DNA of 64,000 bases from Marsupella aquatica. Taxonomy: Eukaryota; Plantae; Marchantiophyta. This document shows positions 23,501 to 35,516 of the stretch, in pieces; position 1 is the first letter of the stretch, and every line of letters starts with the position of its first letter. Position numbers and translations under genes: made by a program. Location of the stretch: positions 21,148,152 through 21,212,151 of the forward strand of contig OZ316896.1 in the NCBI GenBank assembly GCA_973895155.1, given 5' to 3'. Below the pieces are notes generated by a model that was not told the DNA's origin, made no database searches, and saw nothing but the letters and a program-made list of their open reading frames with translations.

Positions 23501-24149
23501 TGAAGTTAGCAAAAACCTAAATGGTCAATTCCCTTCAACCATCCTATGCTTCTCTCTACCATAATTATATGCCACCCCTCTTGGTTACCCTCCTAAGATA
23601 CCATAAAAGTAACCCAAGATACTATAAAACTGAAACCTCTCTTTCAAACCCTCCTAAGTTGGCCTAAACCCCAAAACCCAAAACATAAAACCCCTCCTAG
23701 CTCTTACCCTCCAATACATATAACCCCAACCTTCATAAATAAAACCCCCCTGCAAACCCAAAACATAAAACCCCTCGTATCTAAGCCAATCTAAGCCCAA
23801 CCTTCACAAAAGAAACCCTCCCCTAACCAGGCCAAACCCCCTCCTCTTACCCTGCAATATAACTCCTTCAATTTTCTAACCCCCCCAATCCTTATCTCAT
23901 CACACCACTAAAATGCAACATAATCCTCTACATCTACCCCATTTAATGTTCATAAGCCCCCTTAGTATCCCTAACAACACATCAAATACGCATGCAAGAC
24001 GGGGGTTATGGCAAAACCAAATAGCGAAGGCTTTTGCGAATCTTGAAGCTTCGCAAAGATAGAATTTGCGAAGCTTTTTGCGAAGGCCGATGCATCGCAA
24101 ACTGCGATGCGAAACGAATCGCAAAGCCCAATATTTTGAATCCTTATGG

Positions 24150-26331
24150 ATTGCCGAGCGCGGACAAGGCAGATTCAGTTCATTCAGGCCTGAGGAGAGC
24201 AACGAGGGCAAGGGCGGAGCGATAGCGAGTGAAGAGGGGACTGGTGGTGATGGAGGAGCTTCTGGCAGCAGCGGAGGCAACCGAGGGGGGGGGATCGATT
24301 GAAGGCGATTGTGGATGAGCATTTTTTGGTTGCACAGTTGAGTCAAATTGATTTCACCAGTCCAGCAGGGCTGGCATCATTGAGTGCCCTTCTGGGCCAA
24401 GCCTTGCAAGCAGGTCTCACTACAGGGCAAGCAGCAGTGGAGGAGGATGCAAGGAAGGCAGCAGAGCAGGCGGCTGCTGAGAGGAAGCGAAAGAGGGATG
24501 AGAGAGCTCAGGCTGGAGTGCTCTCGCCTCAAGCATTGGAAAAGAAGAGGAGGAAAGATGAGAGAGACCTGATCAGGAAACAGAGGGAGGAGCAAAGAAA
24601 GAAGGAGGCAGCAAGGAGGAAGCTGCCTCTGATTACTTTAGAGGATGAGGGGATTCCCACCGAGCTTGCTTACAATGGGGCCAAGAGCACAATCAGGCAC
24701 ATTGTATCCACAAATTTTGCAAGAGGAGTCAAGTGGGGCACTCGCTCAAAGGCAGAGCAGAAGCGAGTCATCAATCAGGTGAAAGATGCATTTCAAAATG
24801 GAGGAGAGATGGATTCACAGTGGCTTGCTGACAAAATTTCAAACTCCATGTCACAAGCTAGATACCATGATAGAATGAAGATCAGGTCTCACCTTAGAGA
24901 TTTGGAGGAGTATAGGAATTTGCAGAGGCCGCTGCAATTCTCAGAAGATATCTGGCAGGCCTTCTACCAGACAGAGGTGAAGTTGAAAGCAGCCAGGCTC
25001 CTCAATGATTTCACAGAGAAGCTGGCAAAGGCTCGAAGGGCAAAGGAGGCCGGGAAGACTGACCGGGACCTGAAGGTGATGGAGCAGAAGGTAGCCCAGC
25101 TCCAGCAGGTTGTAGCAGAAGTAGGCGATCCACCCAACAAGTTCCTGAAGGCAGCTGAGCGAGTCCGAGACAAGCCCAACATCACCCACAGGCTGGGTCA
25201 AGGTGGCCTCCCCGGCCTCAAAGCAGCATTCGTGAGTGCACCTCCCTCTCCTCCCTTGACTTCTTGCTACTCCAATTCCTATTCCAACACACCTGCAATG
25301 AGCCAACTCTTTCTTGCATTTCCACCAAGTAGTTACAATTAGACTTGTTGTGTCAGATTAGGTCACGTACAGTTGCTTCCCTCTCGGGTTTTTGCCATGA
25401 CAGAGTTTGCGATACATTTGCGATGCGGGTAGCTTCGCAAATCCTTCGCAAACCTTATTATGCCCTTTTTTTGCTTACGTTTGCGAAGGCGTTGCGAAGA
25501 CGTTCGCATCGCAACCAGCTTCGCAAACGTAATTGTCCTTATGATTGCGAAGCTGGCGCCTTCGCAAAATTTCAAAAATTTGAATTTTTAAATTTTCCGA
25601 TCGTTTAAGTGTTCTTTGAGGGTCTTCCCCATATATGCCACCCTCCATAACCCCAAAACCTTGATGCACCACCCCACCAGCCCCAACAAACCCCCTAATT
25701 TTTAGAAGCCATGTGAATCGGGTTATGGGTTGGTGTTAACCCAATTGTGCTGGTTTTGTTTTGGCTTAGTACAAGAAGTACAAGAGGAAGATTACGGCGG
25801 CTGAGATGGAGGTGGGCCAGAAACATGGGAAGGAGCATCTCTTTCAGCAAGTTGATGAATTATTGGTGAGAATTTTTAGGTTATTACATTCATTGCAATT
25901 TTGAATGAATATCTCTTTTGTTCACACTTGTAAAGAATATGAGACTAACAGACACCCTGGTTTGCTAATGGAAGCAGGGAGGGGAGGATGGTGACTCCCA
26001 TACCGAGGGTGGCACCGATAGTAGTGATGAGGATGTGGAGGGGACAGGGGAGGGGAGCACAGCTCCTGCTACTCAAGCCAGGCCAACTAGCACTGGAGAC
26101 CAGTCATTTGCATCAGCACATTCCAGTGGTGCTGGGGGTGGTAGCGCGGCAAGCCAGGGCGGTGGAGGTGGGGATGAGGATGAGGATGAGGATGAGGGTG
26201 ACCCCGAGGGTGACCAAGAGGAGGAGGAAGTCCAGGTTGCACCCCCCCCCCAAGAGCACACAAGGGCAAGGAGAAGGCCAAGGGGAAGAAGGCAAGGAGG
26301 GGCAGGAACACTCCTTTCTAGCTCGATGTAG
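24150..26331 (+). pseudogene. CACTA second gene (TnpA/Transposase_24-like), at least three exons, probable frameshift in a G run at about 24290
   Basis: KWG..SKAEQK....VK..F.....W.ADKIS..M...R, RP.....IWQAF and THRLGQGG. Donors TTC|GTGAGT (25231) and TTG|GTGAGA (about 25866). Acidic C-terminal exon 25978-26331. Confidence 0.6.
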
Positions 26332-27112
26332 ACAAGTTGTAGCTAGAGCACTTACATCGAGTTCACATGTATAGCGATCAGCATGCATGGCCGTGGCACT
26401 TTACCTAAGGGTTTTTACCCTTCCATTTTGTAACTTTTGTACTTTTTCAGTAATGCCATTTTAATTGCGGCAGACTGGGTCAACATCACTTTCCTCCCTC
26501 CTTCAAAACCCATGAATGGTCTCCCTCACCCTCACCCTAACCCAAATACACAAAAACCCATGAAATATACATTTTGCGAAGCTTTTGAGAACCAACCCCC
26601 ATCTCAAAGAGCCACGGTGAACGTATCGCAACCATTCCGAGGAGAAACGCATCGCAACACTTGCGATGTTGTCTAAATCACAACCCTAGCGAAGACTTCC
26701 TCTCCACACGTTTGCGAGTTAAATGCCTTCGCAACAAAGCGGTCATCCGCTTCTCGCAATCTTACGAGTTTGTTTGCATCGCAAGTTATAGAGAAATTTA
26801 ACATCGGAAATTGCGATGTAAATGTTATCGCAACGCGAGCGATTCATTTGTTCTCGCAAAATAATGAAATTTGTCGTTTCTCAATATTTGCAAGGACAGT
26901 GCCGTCGCAACGTTGCGGAGATGTTGCGACGTATTTAGAATCGCAAGTTGCGAAGTAGTTGCGAAGGGCCGTTTGCGAAGAATTTGAGATGGGAAGTAGC
27001 GAAGACGTTGCGATGCGAGTAAGTTCGCAAATTGGGTATTTCGGATTTTGTTTCCTTTGTATGATGCGAAGGGTGGTGGTTTGCAAAAGAGGTGCATAGT
27101 GTTGTAGTGGAG

Positions 27113-28483
27113 GTGGCAAAGCGGCTCGAGTTTCAGCGGTATGCGCTCCACATGATGGAGCGACAGGGAGGGATATCGATTGCCCAAGTAATTCAAGTAG
27201 AGAATTACCGGCCTAGGAAGTGGGCTTTGTTCTTTGTCAAGAAGTTCCACAACCTTGGAGATGGAGCGACAAAGGAAGACCTTGTTCCTTGGGGGAAAGG
27301 CATACTTGGCCAGCCACATTGAAATCATCATGGAGTGGTACGTGCCCATTTTGATCACCGAATGTTTCCCCGGTGCAATGAGCCTGAGCTCACCCCGGCC
27401 AGGTGGGTCATCTTGACTCAAGAGAGACAAGCCCAAGTGAACCAAAGGCTCAAAGTCTAGCAACCGTGGCCCCCATCCCCGCTCCGACCCCAAAGCCAAC
27501 TGAGGGGGTTTTAGCTTCCTTGCCGGATACGGTGGTCATCGCGGCCTTGGATGCGTAGAACCAAGCCAGGGCAACCATCGCGGTCGGCCCCAAGCCGGAA
27601 GCCCTCATCACGGAGGAATCTCCAACATCCCCCATGCCAGCCCCAATAGAGCCCTCCTCCTCAACAGATCCATCTGATCCTGTTCTCATCACCCCAAAAC
27701 TGGATTTTTCTACCCCCACTCCCACCTAGATAGAGGAAGGCCCTTGCCCAAACCCTAGCGGGCATGACCTGGTGAACACGTAATTCTTTGGTCTGGGTAC
27801 ATATTTAAATGGGTTGCTCAACGACTTCTCCATGGAAGCCAGTCAAGATATGGGGGTGTTTATGGCCCGTAAGGTGGCTTACTTCTTCAGCCAAGAACTG
27901 GTTGCAGCAATAAAGGCAGGGGATGCCCAGTCCAAAGCCGCAAGGAGGATAGAGTAGTATCAGGGTAAGGCAACCCAACTTTTAAATGAAGCCTCAGCCT
28001 GAGAGGATAAGTTGCAACTTCTATGGCCCCAACATGTGACCGCCTTGGCCCACATCACCAAAGCTGAAGCCAAGACAACCTTGGCCACACAAGTTGGAGC
28101 CGGAAAGGATGCTGAGATCATGTGGCTTCGAATACAGATTGATAGCTTGAAGGGACAAGCTATCACTTGGTAGAAGGATGCAGAGGAGGTTAACGCTTAG
28201 GCCCAGAGAGCGGCGGAGGTTGAGTCCCTAATTAAGGCAGACATGGCACAGTTTTTCCAAAAGCCACAAAGCAGGACCAACGTACTGGTGGTACATATGG
28301 TTGATGAGTGACGCCCAACAGTTGGAAGAGGCATACCAGGATGCCGCGGAGGAGATGAACACGACAAAAAGAGAGAATGAGTCTCTCTTGGATCAAGTCC
28401 AACTACTCAAGCAGGACATAGACCGTTTGAGGAGACAACGGGACGACCATTCGGGTGGGTCTAGCAAATGTGCTAGACATTAG
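27113..28483 (+). pseudogene. Family X protein, C-terminal part (coiled coil), copy 2
   Basis: VAKRLEFQRYALHMME..., MERQRKTLFLGGKAYLASHIEIIMEWY and SDAQQLEEAYQDAAEE..KRENESLLDQVQLLK..KCARH match ORFs 33701-34099(-) and 32879-33118(-). Confidence 0.9.
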
Positions 28484-29383
28484 CAGTGGGGTAGGTTTAG
28501 AGTAGAGACAAAATTAGGCAATGAGGACGGCCGCTGGAGACAAACGGTGAAACTAGTTAGCTAGCGGCATTGTCTTATTTGACCAACCCCACTTAGCGCA
28601 GACTCTTAGGATAGGACACGCCATTTTGCGGTTTGACACTTAGGGGAAACTTAGGATTGGATAGATTCAGCCTCATGGCTGTTCCTTGCCATGGCCCTTA
28701 GACAGTATTTAGTACCCCCGATAGAGGCAGGGGGATTTTAGGTTGAGAATTGGGTATCCGCAGGATGTGCAGGGAATCTCGGCCTTTGTAAATAGAGAGC
28801 ACCAAGGAATGGATGTATGACTAATCTCATCGGGCGAGTGCAGAGCCAGGCTCCGTTGTAGTGTACAGCTCGCTACTGTTGGGCCTGCTAATTCAGTAGA
28901 AGTTAAGTCAACCGTGTATATGTGTATGACGGATTCTGAAGTAGAGTCTTTTCCTCACCATTTCCTTTGTGTAAATCAAGAATATATGTTGTGAAGTCCA
29001 GTCGTAGTTGTCAATCTTGTATACGGGTAGAAAACGCTTGGCCAAATGCATTATGTGAACTGTGCACGGGGTGCAATTGCGGATAGTGGTTGTGAGCCCG
29101 AGTTGGATACCCATATCATCGGATCCGGATCGGAGGCAGACAACACAAAGGCTTTAGTTAGAAGTCCTTAAGCTGGGGTCGACCAAGCTATCAACTTAAG
29201 GTATATTCTGGTGGCGGGACACAAAGTATACCTGTGGTACTTAAGTGTGTATGTATAGTTAGGCGCTCTTAGCGCTAGTTTATGGGTCCAGATAGAATAA
29301 GTACAAATTGCGCATCCCTCCTTGCCCGAACCCTCAATATTAACAAAGCTTATGCCAACCTAAGTCAAAATCCGTGTAAGGAC

Positions 29384-30761
29384 CCCTGGGCCCTTACTCC
29401 GTGTATATTAATGGAACCCGCCTGTGAACGCCCCTCCCCTCCAAACCCCTTCAGTACTATTTTTTGCCCTTTTAAAAAGCTCTTATTAGTATTAATAAAT
29501 TACTTTTGGGTCATTAAGAAAGCCCTTTGGGCTAATATAATCTTCATCAAAATAACATTAAATATGCTCTTCAGGTGTTATAAAAAAAATCATGTCAAAG
29601 AGATTCTAAGTCAAACAGATTGGAATAAACATTTCACATTATCAAAAGCAAAAATAGGAACAACATATTCTTTATGTACACACTTCCTCGCAAGAAGGTA
29701 GGAGTCAAGGCATTTAAGAGTCAAACAAACGCATACAAGTATCCAATTTTAAGTTGTAAACATCCTACGCTGTCATCTATGAAAACTGTAAGTCCACATT
29801 GCACTTAAGTTTGTCCCATAGTTTGTTGAGCATATTCATCATTGTTTACAAGAAAGTTATCCTTTGAGTCTAAAGCATTGGAAAACTTATTACATTTAAA
29901 CCAATTCTTTGATCACTAGAAGTGATAAATATCCACCGAGGTACATAAGTGACTCTGGATTGAGACTCTCTCTATCACTTGGGGCATCATAGAATCCCCA
30001 TCTAACGCAACACGCATTGAACAACGTTGTCAACTTGACCTCCTCCTTTGGGGACCCTACAAGGCCATATATATCCCTACATCGTTTGATATAGATCATC
30101 AAAGAGATCAACGGCAAACCATTTTGGTCATCCATAAATGGTAAACGAGATCCCCTAAAGGCAAAATTGCCCCTATCCCCCAAAAATTCAAATGTGTTTG
30201 CACACCCCAAACCAAGGATGTAATGACACGTGGATGAATGAGTTATTGACGTGTGGCGGCCCCATATGCTTTACCCTTCCATAAAACTACTGGAACCCTA
30301 TTTTTAGATCACCTTGGTTCATTATAACATGGAACCTCGGGGGTTTCATTTCCACAAAAATGGCATATCACGTGCGACGAAGGATAGGGTCATTTAATTG
30401 GTTCTAAGGGAAGACTTAAGAATTTTTGTAGAAGAACAATAGGGTTTTTTTAATTCAATTTTGAGACTTATAAGAATATTAGGGTCTTTTAAATCCAATT
30501 TTTAGAATATTCCAAGAATATTCCAACTTTATAGGGGTTAAATTTTTTATTTTTTTCTTTCATTTTAGGGGGTCCGAGGCCTAAAAACGTCGCAGGCGAT
30601 GGGGAGGTCCCCATATAGTGAGACCCCCGAGCATGGAACCCAATAAAACGAAGGGTTGTTACATTATAAGCGATTATAACTATTATTCAAAAAAGGGATT
30701 TATAAACCCCTTGAGTTGTTCGCACGGGGGGTCCCATATTAGTTAAGCTAAGGGCCCAGGG
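29384..30761. mobile_element. Non-autonomous TIR element (family B), 1378 bp including the nested MITE
   Basis: Perfect 13-bp TIR CCCTGGGCCCTTA/TAAGGGCCCAGGG. Perfect 8-bp TSD GTAAGGAC at 29376-29383 and 30762-30769. Confidence 0.93.
30336..30631 (+). mobile_element. MITE family A copy 3
   Basis: Same TIR. Perfect 8-bp TSD CATGGAAC at 30328-30335 and 30632-30639. Confidence 0.97.
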
Positions 30762-32034
30762 GTAAGGACGGATCTTTTGGTGTGACAACTGTCCAAGGTT
30801 GGGCTTTGTTTCCAACCAACGTGCTATGCGTGGTTAAGGCATGGTTGACCATAACTGTCTCAATAGCTGTTACGTTGTTGGTCACAATACCAGCTTACTA
30901 TAGTAAGCAAGAACTTGTTCAATAAGAACTGCTACAAGATGAAACTTGGGACACAAAAATGTCAGAAGGGTCATAGTTTGAAAATTCTTATCAGGTAAAA
31001 ATGTTCTGCTAGGGCTCCCATCAAGCATATACCTCAAAATAGGAATGCGCACAAAAAGTAAAAAACAAAAATCATGATGACCCAAGATTGAAAAAGGGTG
31101 AGTGCGCTTAGGGAATTTAGCTTCAACTTTGTCATGAAGCCTAGATGGAATGACAAAGCTTGGATGGACTTAACTGCTCAGAACATTAACTCAAATGACA
31201 TTGTTTAAAGTTTTGAGTGAAATGTGACCTATAAATGATTGGTGTCCTTACCGTTTGCAGCAGGCCGGTTCCCATTACTACACCAATTAAACTGGTTATT
31301 CTTGGAAACTTGAGCACTTGACTATCTTGAACCTGAAAGACGTCAAGACGTCATGCCATTACTCAAGATCACCATGCTATCTTGACTACTTTCTCCCCCA
31401 AGGTAGTTAAAGTGGTAAACTGTGATTCGTGCCTGGTTCCTTTTTGGGTGTCAAAGTCAACGACAACTTTATGCAGTCCATGGGGATGGGCAGAGACAAT
31501 GTCTCAGTCCATCCAGGATTTTGTTTGCACTTTAGGCCATGATCACAAATTTTTGATTATTAGCTTGTGCATTAAGTGTGGTATTCTCGATAGCAGTACA
31601 GAATGTATAGGTAAGTAAGTTTAATTATAAATCCAAATAGTTTTGACTACTGTCTAGGATGTGGATAGTGGATAATACACTTGGGTGGAATCATGTGATC
31701 TTGATCATGTCAAATCTCTCCAATTCAATTATGGGTGATTGGCCTGATAGACAAGAAACCTAAAAAATGTACATGGTACCGAAGTAGAAACCAGTGATTG
31801 GTGATCCAAACCAATAGACTCACCAACCTTAGTAAAGAGATTGAACCAATTAAATCAAACAACCTGATTGAAATCTTTCTAGCATAATAGCTTGAATGAC
31901 GAGCTGTCTCTCGAGATCTGAATCTCATGAGCTTCCAGATTATGAGTAACAACTATAGCGCCGTATGGGTACGATTAATGTCGCTCAGTCTGCACATGCA
32001 AACCACAGATGTAAAAGTATATTTGTAGTCTACT

Positions 32035-35000
32035 TGTCACGTCATCAGCCTTGGCCTTAACTCGGGCTTCAGCTTTAAACGAGCACATCCTTCGTAAATA
32101 TGAGGGTTCGGGCAGGGAGGGAAGAACGTAATGCACCTAATTCTCGTAAACTAGCGCTAAGTACGCCTATTGTTAGATACGGACATCTCCTAGGTATGGT
32201 TTGTGTTCCGCCGCCGGAACGTACCTTAGTCGATAACAGGATCGACCCCGGCTTAAGGACTTCTAAGCCTTCGTGTTGTCCGCCTTCGATCCGGATTCAT
32301 TGATACAGGTCCTCAACCCGTGCTCACAATCACATACCCGCAAGCTACACCCCGTGCACGACTTGGGTAGTGCGTTCGGCCCGGCGTTGTCACCTATACA
32401 CAAGATTCACACACACATACACGCGCACAAGCATACAATCTCGATTATACATGAAGGAAATAATGGGAAAGGATTTTACTACATAGGGGATATATGCGTA
32501 CACTTGGTTGACCCGACAGCTCCGGAATGAACAGGTTCAAGGCCGAGGGAGTACACTACAACGGAGCCCGGCTCTGCACTCGCCCGACGAGCTTAGTCCT
32601 ACCCCCTCCCCTTGGTACTCTTTCACTCCCAGAGGTCAGGACTCCCCGCACATACCACGGATGTCCAACTTTGAGACTAAAACCCCCCTGCCTCTACCGA
32701 GGGGTGCACTAAATACTAAGGGCCGAGGAGTGTCAGGCCAAAAAACGGCTGTGTCTTATTAGAAGATCCTAATCTACGCAGGCTGGACAGCATAGCAGTG
32801 CTGCTGTAACTAAGGCAGGTGCCTGTCCCAATAGCCTAACTTAGCTATTCCTAATCCTATTCTATTCCTACTCCGCCGCTAATGCCTGGCACACTTGCCA
32901 GAGCCGCCCGAGTGGGAGCGGCCATCTTGCTGCTTACGAAGTCTGTCGTTATCTGCCTTGAGGAGCTGGACCTGGTCCAGCAGAGATTCGTTCTCTCGCT
33001 TCGCCGCGTCTGTCTCCTCCGCTGCCTCCTGGCATGCCTCTTCCAGCTGCTGGGCGTCGCTCGTCAACTTGCCCGCCAGCTGGTCCTGCTTCTCGGCTTT
33101 GGTTTGGAGCCGCGCCACTTTGGCTTGTAGTGTGGCTATCTCCGCGGTGTCCCGCTGGGCCCGTTCTTCGGCCTGCTCCAGGTCTTTCTGCCAGATGACA
33201 GTATGATTCTTCTAACTGTCAATCTGGTTCCGGAGTCGTGCAATCTCGGCCTCGTTCCCAGCTTTGGCCTGCTCGGCTAGGGCGGTAAGGGCGTGCGCCT
33301 TTGCTAACAACTCATCGGCGGCTGCAACTTTGGGTCGTAGTTGCAGAAGCTCAGCCTCTTGAGCCGCAACTTCGTTCTTTAAGTATACGGACTCCACCCT
33401 GTACCGCTCTATCCTCTGAAAGGCCTCTGATTGGGCCCGACCTGCCTTTACTGTGGCAACTAACTCTTGATTGAAGAAACAGGCTACTTTCCGGGCTATG
33501 AACTCCCCGGTATCCCGGGCAATTTGATGAGAGAAATCTCCCAGAAGCCTATTCAGAAATGTACCTGGTATGAAGAGTTCAGGGTGGTCCAGGTTGTGCC
33601 TGTCCGGAGTTGGGCACGGGCAGACGTCAACACACGCAGGGGCCAGGGCAGTGACATCCAGCCCTGGGGACGTAATGTTGGAAGGGGCTGGAGTGTCCTC
33701 CTACAACAATGTCCGGTTCTCCGGAATAGCCACCGGTGGGTCTTTGGGAGACCCGGGCTCGAGTAAGGCCTCCGTTGTACCGACTTCTGTACTTAGCCCG
33801 GCCTGTTGGATCGCATCTACGATTGCGATAACCGACCCATCCGGTACCTCCTCGGTTACGACTACAGCTACTTGTGGAGGTGGGGTGGGTGAAGCTTGCG
33901 TGTCCGCTGGACTTTGGGCCTCGGGCTGGGGCCGTCTCTCCAAGGCCGGGAAAACCCACCTAGCTGGGACCAGCTTTGTAACGTTGACACGGGGAAGGGT
34001 TCGTCGATCAAACCGAGCGTACCACTCAAGAATGATCTCGATGTGGCTAGTGAAATACGCCTTCCCGCCAATGTATAGCGTCTTCCTTTGCCACTCCATC
34101 TCTTCATGGAATTTCTTAGCGAAGTACGACGTCCACTTCCTAGGTCGATAGTTCTCGACCTGGATAACCTAGGCGGCGGAAATCTCCCCCCGGGGTTCCA
34201 TCATGTGGAGGGCGTACCTTTGGAACTCCAGTCGCTCAGCTATCTTGGGGATGAGGCAGGTCCTCATCACGAACCCGTTGTCTACTGCTCCCTCTGAGGG
34301 AAAACTCGAGGATTGGTACTTGGCTCCCTTGCCCCCGGGAGCCCGTGATTCGACTCGATGGTCATCTTCGGGTAATCCGAAGATCATCTTGAGCCGTTCT
34401 TCCGTGAGGGACATATTCCTTCCCCGCAGTCGAGTATGTTGACGTGCGTCATCATAATTCTTGACAAATTCCGTCATGTCCTCCCCGTAGTACCTGCAAG
34501 TGTTCCAGGGGAGAGAGGCAAGGTGCTCGAATCCCTGAGTCTTCAGGTACATTGCATGCTTGGGATGGAGGATGTTCTTATGCACGTTTTCCCCCATGCG
34601 GTGCATTGTCACCTTGGCCACGGCTACCGTGGCCAATGGTAACCCGGATGCAGTGGCGGGTTCCTTCCTCTTCTTCCCCCGTGACTGGCTCGGGGAGGGT
34701 GACACCTCCCCATCCTCTTGATCGGGCATAGGTAGTGCTACCGCCGTTAGTATTGGGCCCGGGGCGGCCACGGTCACCATGTTGTCTGCTAGAGCCGCTC
34801 CTCGGGTCCGAGCATGGGGAGGGGACGATGTAGTGTCGGCCCCCTGAGTGTTTGCTCCTCTGGGCCGCCTGAGCAAGGGTGGGGTAGCCTCGTCGTCGTC
34901 GCTAAGGTCCATAGCGTTGATGACGGAGCGTACTTGTACTGCTGGCGGGGCAATCGGCGGTGGGGGTTGGCTAGGCTGAGGCTGAGACTGAGACTGAGAT

Positions 35001-35212
35001 TGAGACTGAAGCTGAGCCTGAGCCTGAGTCTGAGTCTGCGCTGGTGCGGGTACGGGTATGAGGTCGACTGGGCCGGCGCCGGCGGTTGCAGGCCTAGTTC
35101 CCATGAAGCTCTACAGGTGCTGGTATTATAGCGGCCTAAGATACCCCTAACGTGCGTGCTAAGCACGGTTTAGACCAAATTACTCATTACTCGCCGTACC
35201 GGCAGCGTCACA
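32035..35212 (-). mobile_element. Family X copy 3: 3178-bp TG...CA unit with a 5-bp TSD (solo-LTR-like) containing one long degenerate ORF
   Basis: Starts TGTCACG and ends CGTCACA. TSD CTACT at 32030-32034 and 35213-35217. No gag/pol inside. Confidence 0.88.
32879..35104 (-). pseudogene. Family X protein (~740 codons): Q/P/A-rich N-terminus, NLS-like KKRK, plant-transposon/PMD-like domain, C-terminal coiled coil
   Basis: ORFs 34169-35104, 33701-34099, 33212-33397 and 32879-33118 are consecutive and share a frame, separated by stops. Motif LPW..EFV.NYD....RG....LTE..LK.IFGLP. Confidence 0.85.
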
Positions 35213-35259
35213 CTACTCCTGACCGTTGCTTGGAGGCTTTACTAAGGCTTGAATTGAGG

Positions 35260-35515
35260 AGGCTTTACTAAGGCTAAAGGAGGCTTGTAAGAAGAATAAG
35301 GAGCGATTTGATAAAACTCATCGTCTGAGGCCAATTCCAATCTAGAGTGGAGATTGGATGTTGATCTATGAAGGAGGACTTGAGCAACAACATTCTACCT
35401 TAAAGAAATTTGCATGTCGTTGGAGAGGACCGTTTGTGGTTGAAAAAGTCAATCCTAATGCAACCTACTTGGTTAGAGAACTGGATGGAGCAATTCATTG
35501 CACTTTAGTCGCTGT
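35260..35515 (+). pseudogene. Ty3/gypsy integrase C-terminal (GPY/F) fragment
   Basis: KNKERFDKTHRLRP....GDWMLIY......KKFACRWRGPFVVEKVNPNATYLVRELDG; breaks off at about 35515. Confidence 0.85.
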
Positions 35516-35516
35516 G

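Larger units (their letters stand above)
16215..27109. mobile_element. CACTA (En/Spm) DNA transposon, 10,895 bp
   Basis: Ends CACTACTACA... and ...TGTTGTAGTG. 3-bp TSD GAG at 16212-16214 and 27110-27112. Subterminal TTGCGA/TCGCAA clusters. The host frame rejoins exactly (MRTCIILE|VAKRLEFQRY). Confidence 0.97.
1760..30787 (+). mobile_element. Family X copy 2, about 3.8 kb once four nested insertions are removed; left boundary approximate
   Basis: Pieces 15252-16214, 27113-29383 and 30770-30787 are colinear with copy 3 (32035-35212, reversed). Piece 1760-2650 joins them across the Sola-like insertion. Ends ...GGTGTGACA at 30787. No matching TSD found. Confidence 0.7.

Noticed and set aside
30790-32030. 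Possible gag/pol or PBS after the X copy 2 end
   Set aside because: No TGG-type primer-binding site and no recognisable retroelement motifs in any frame.
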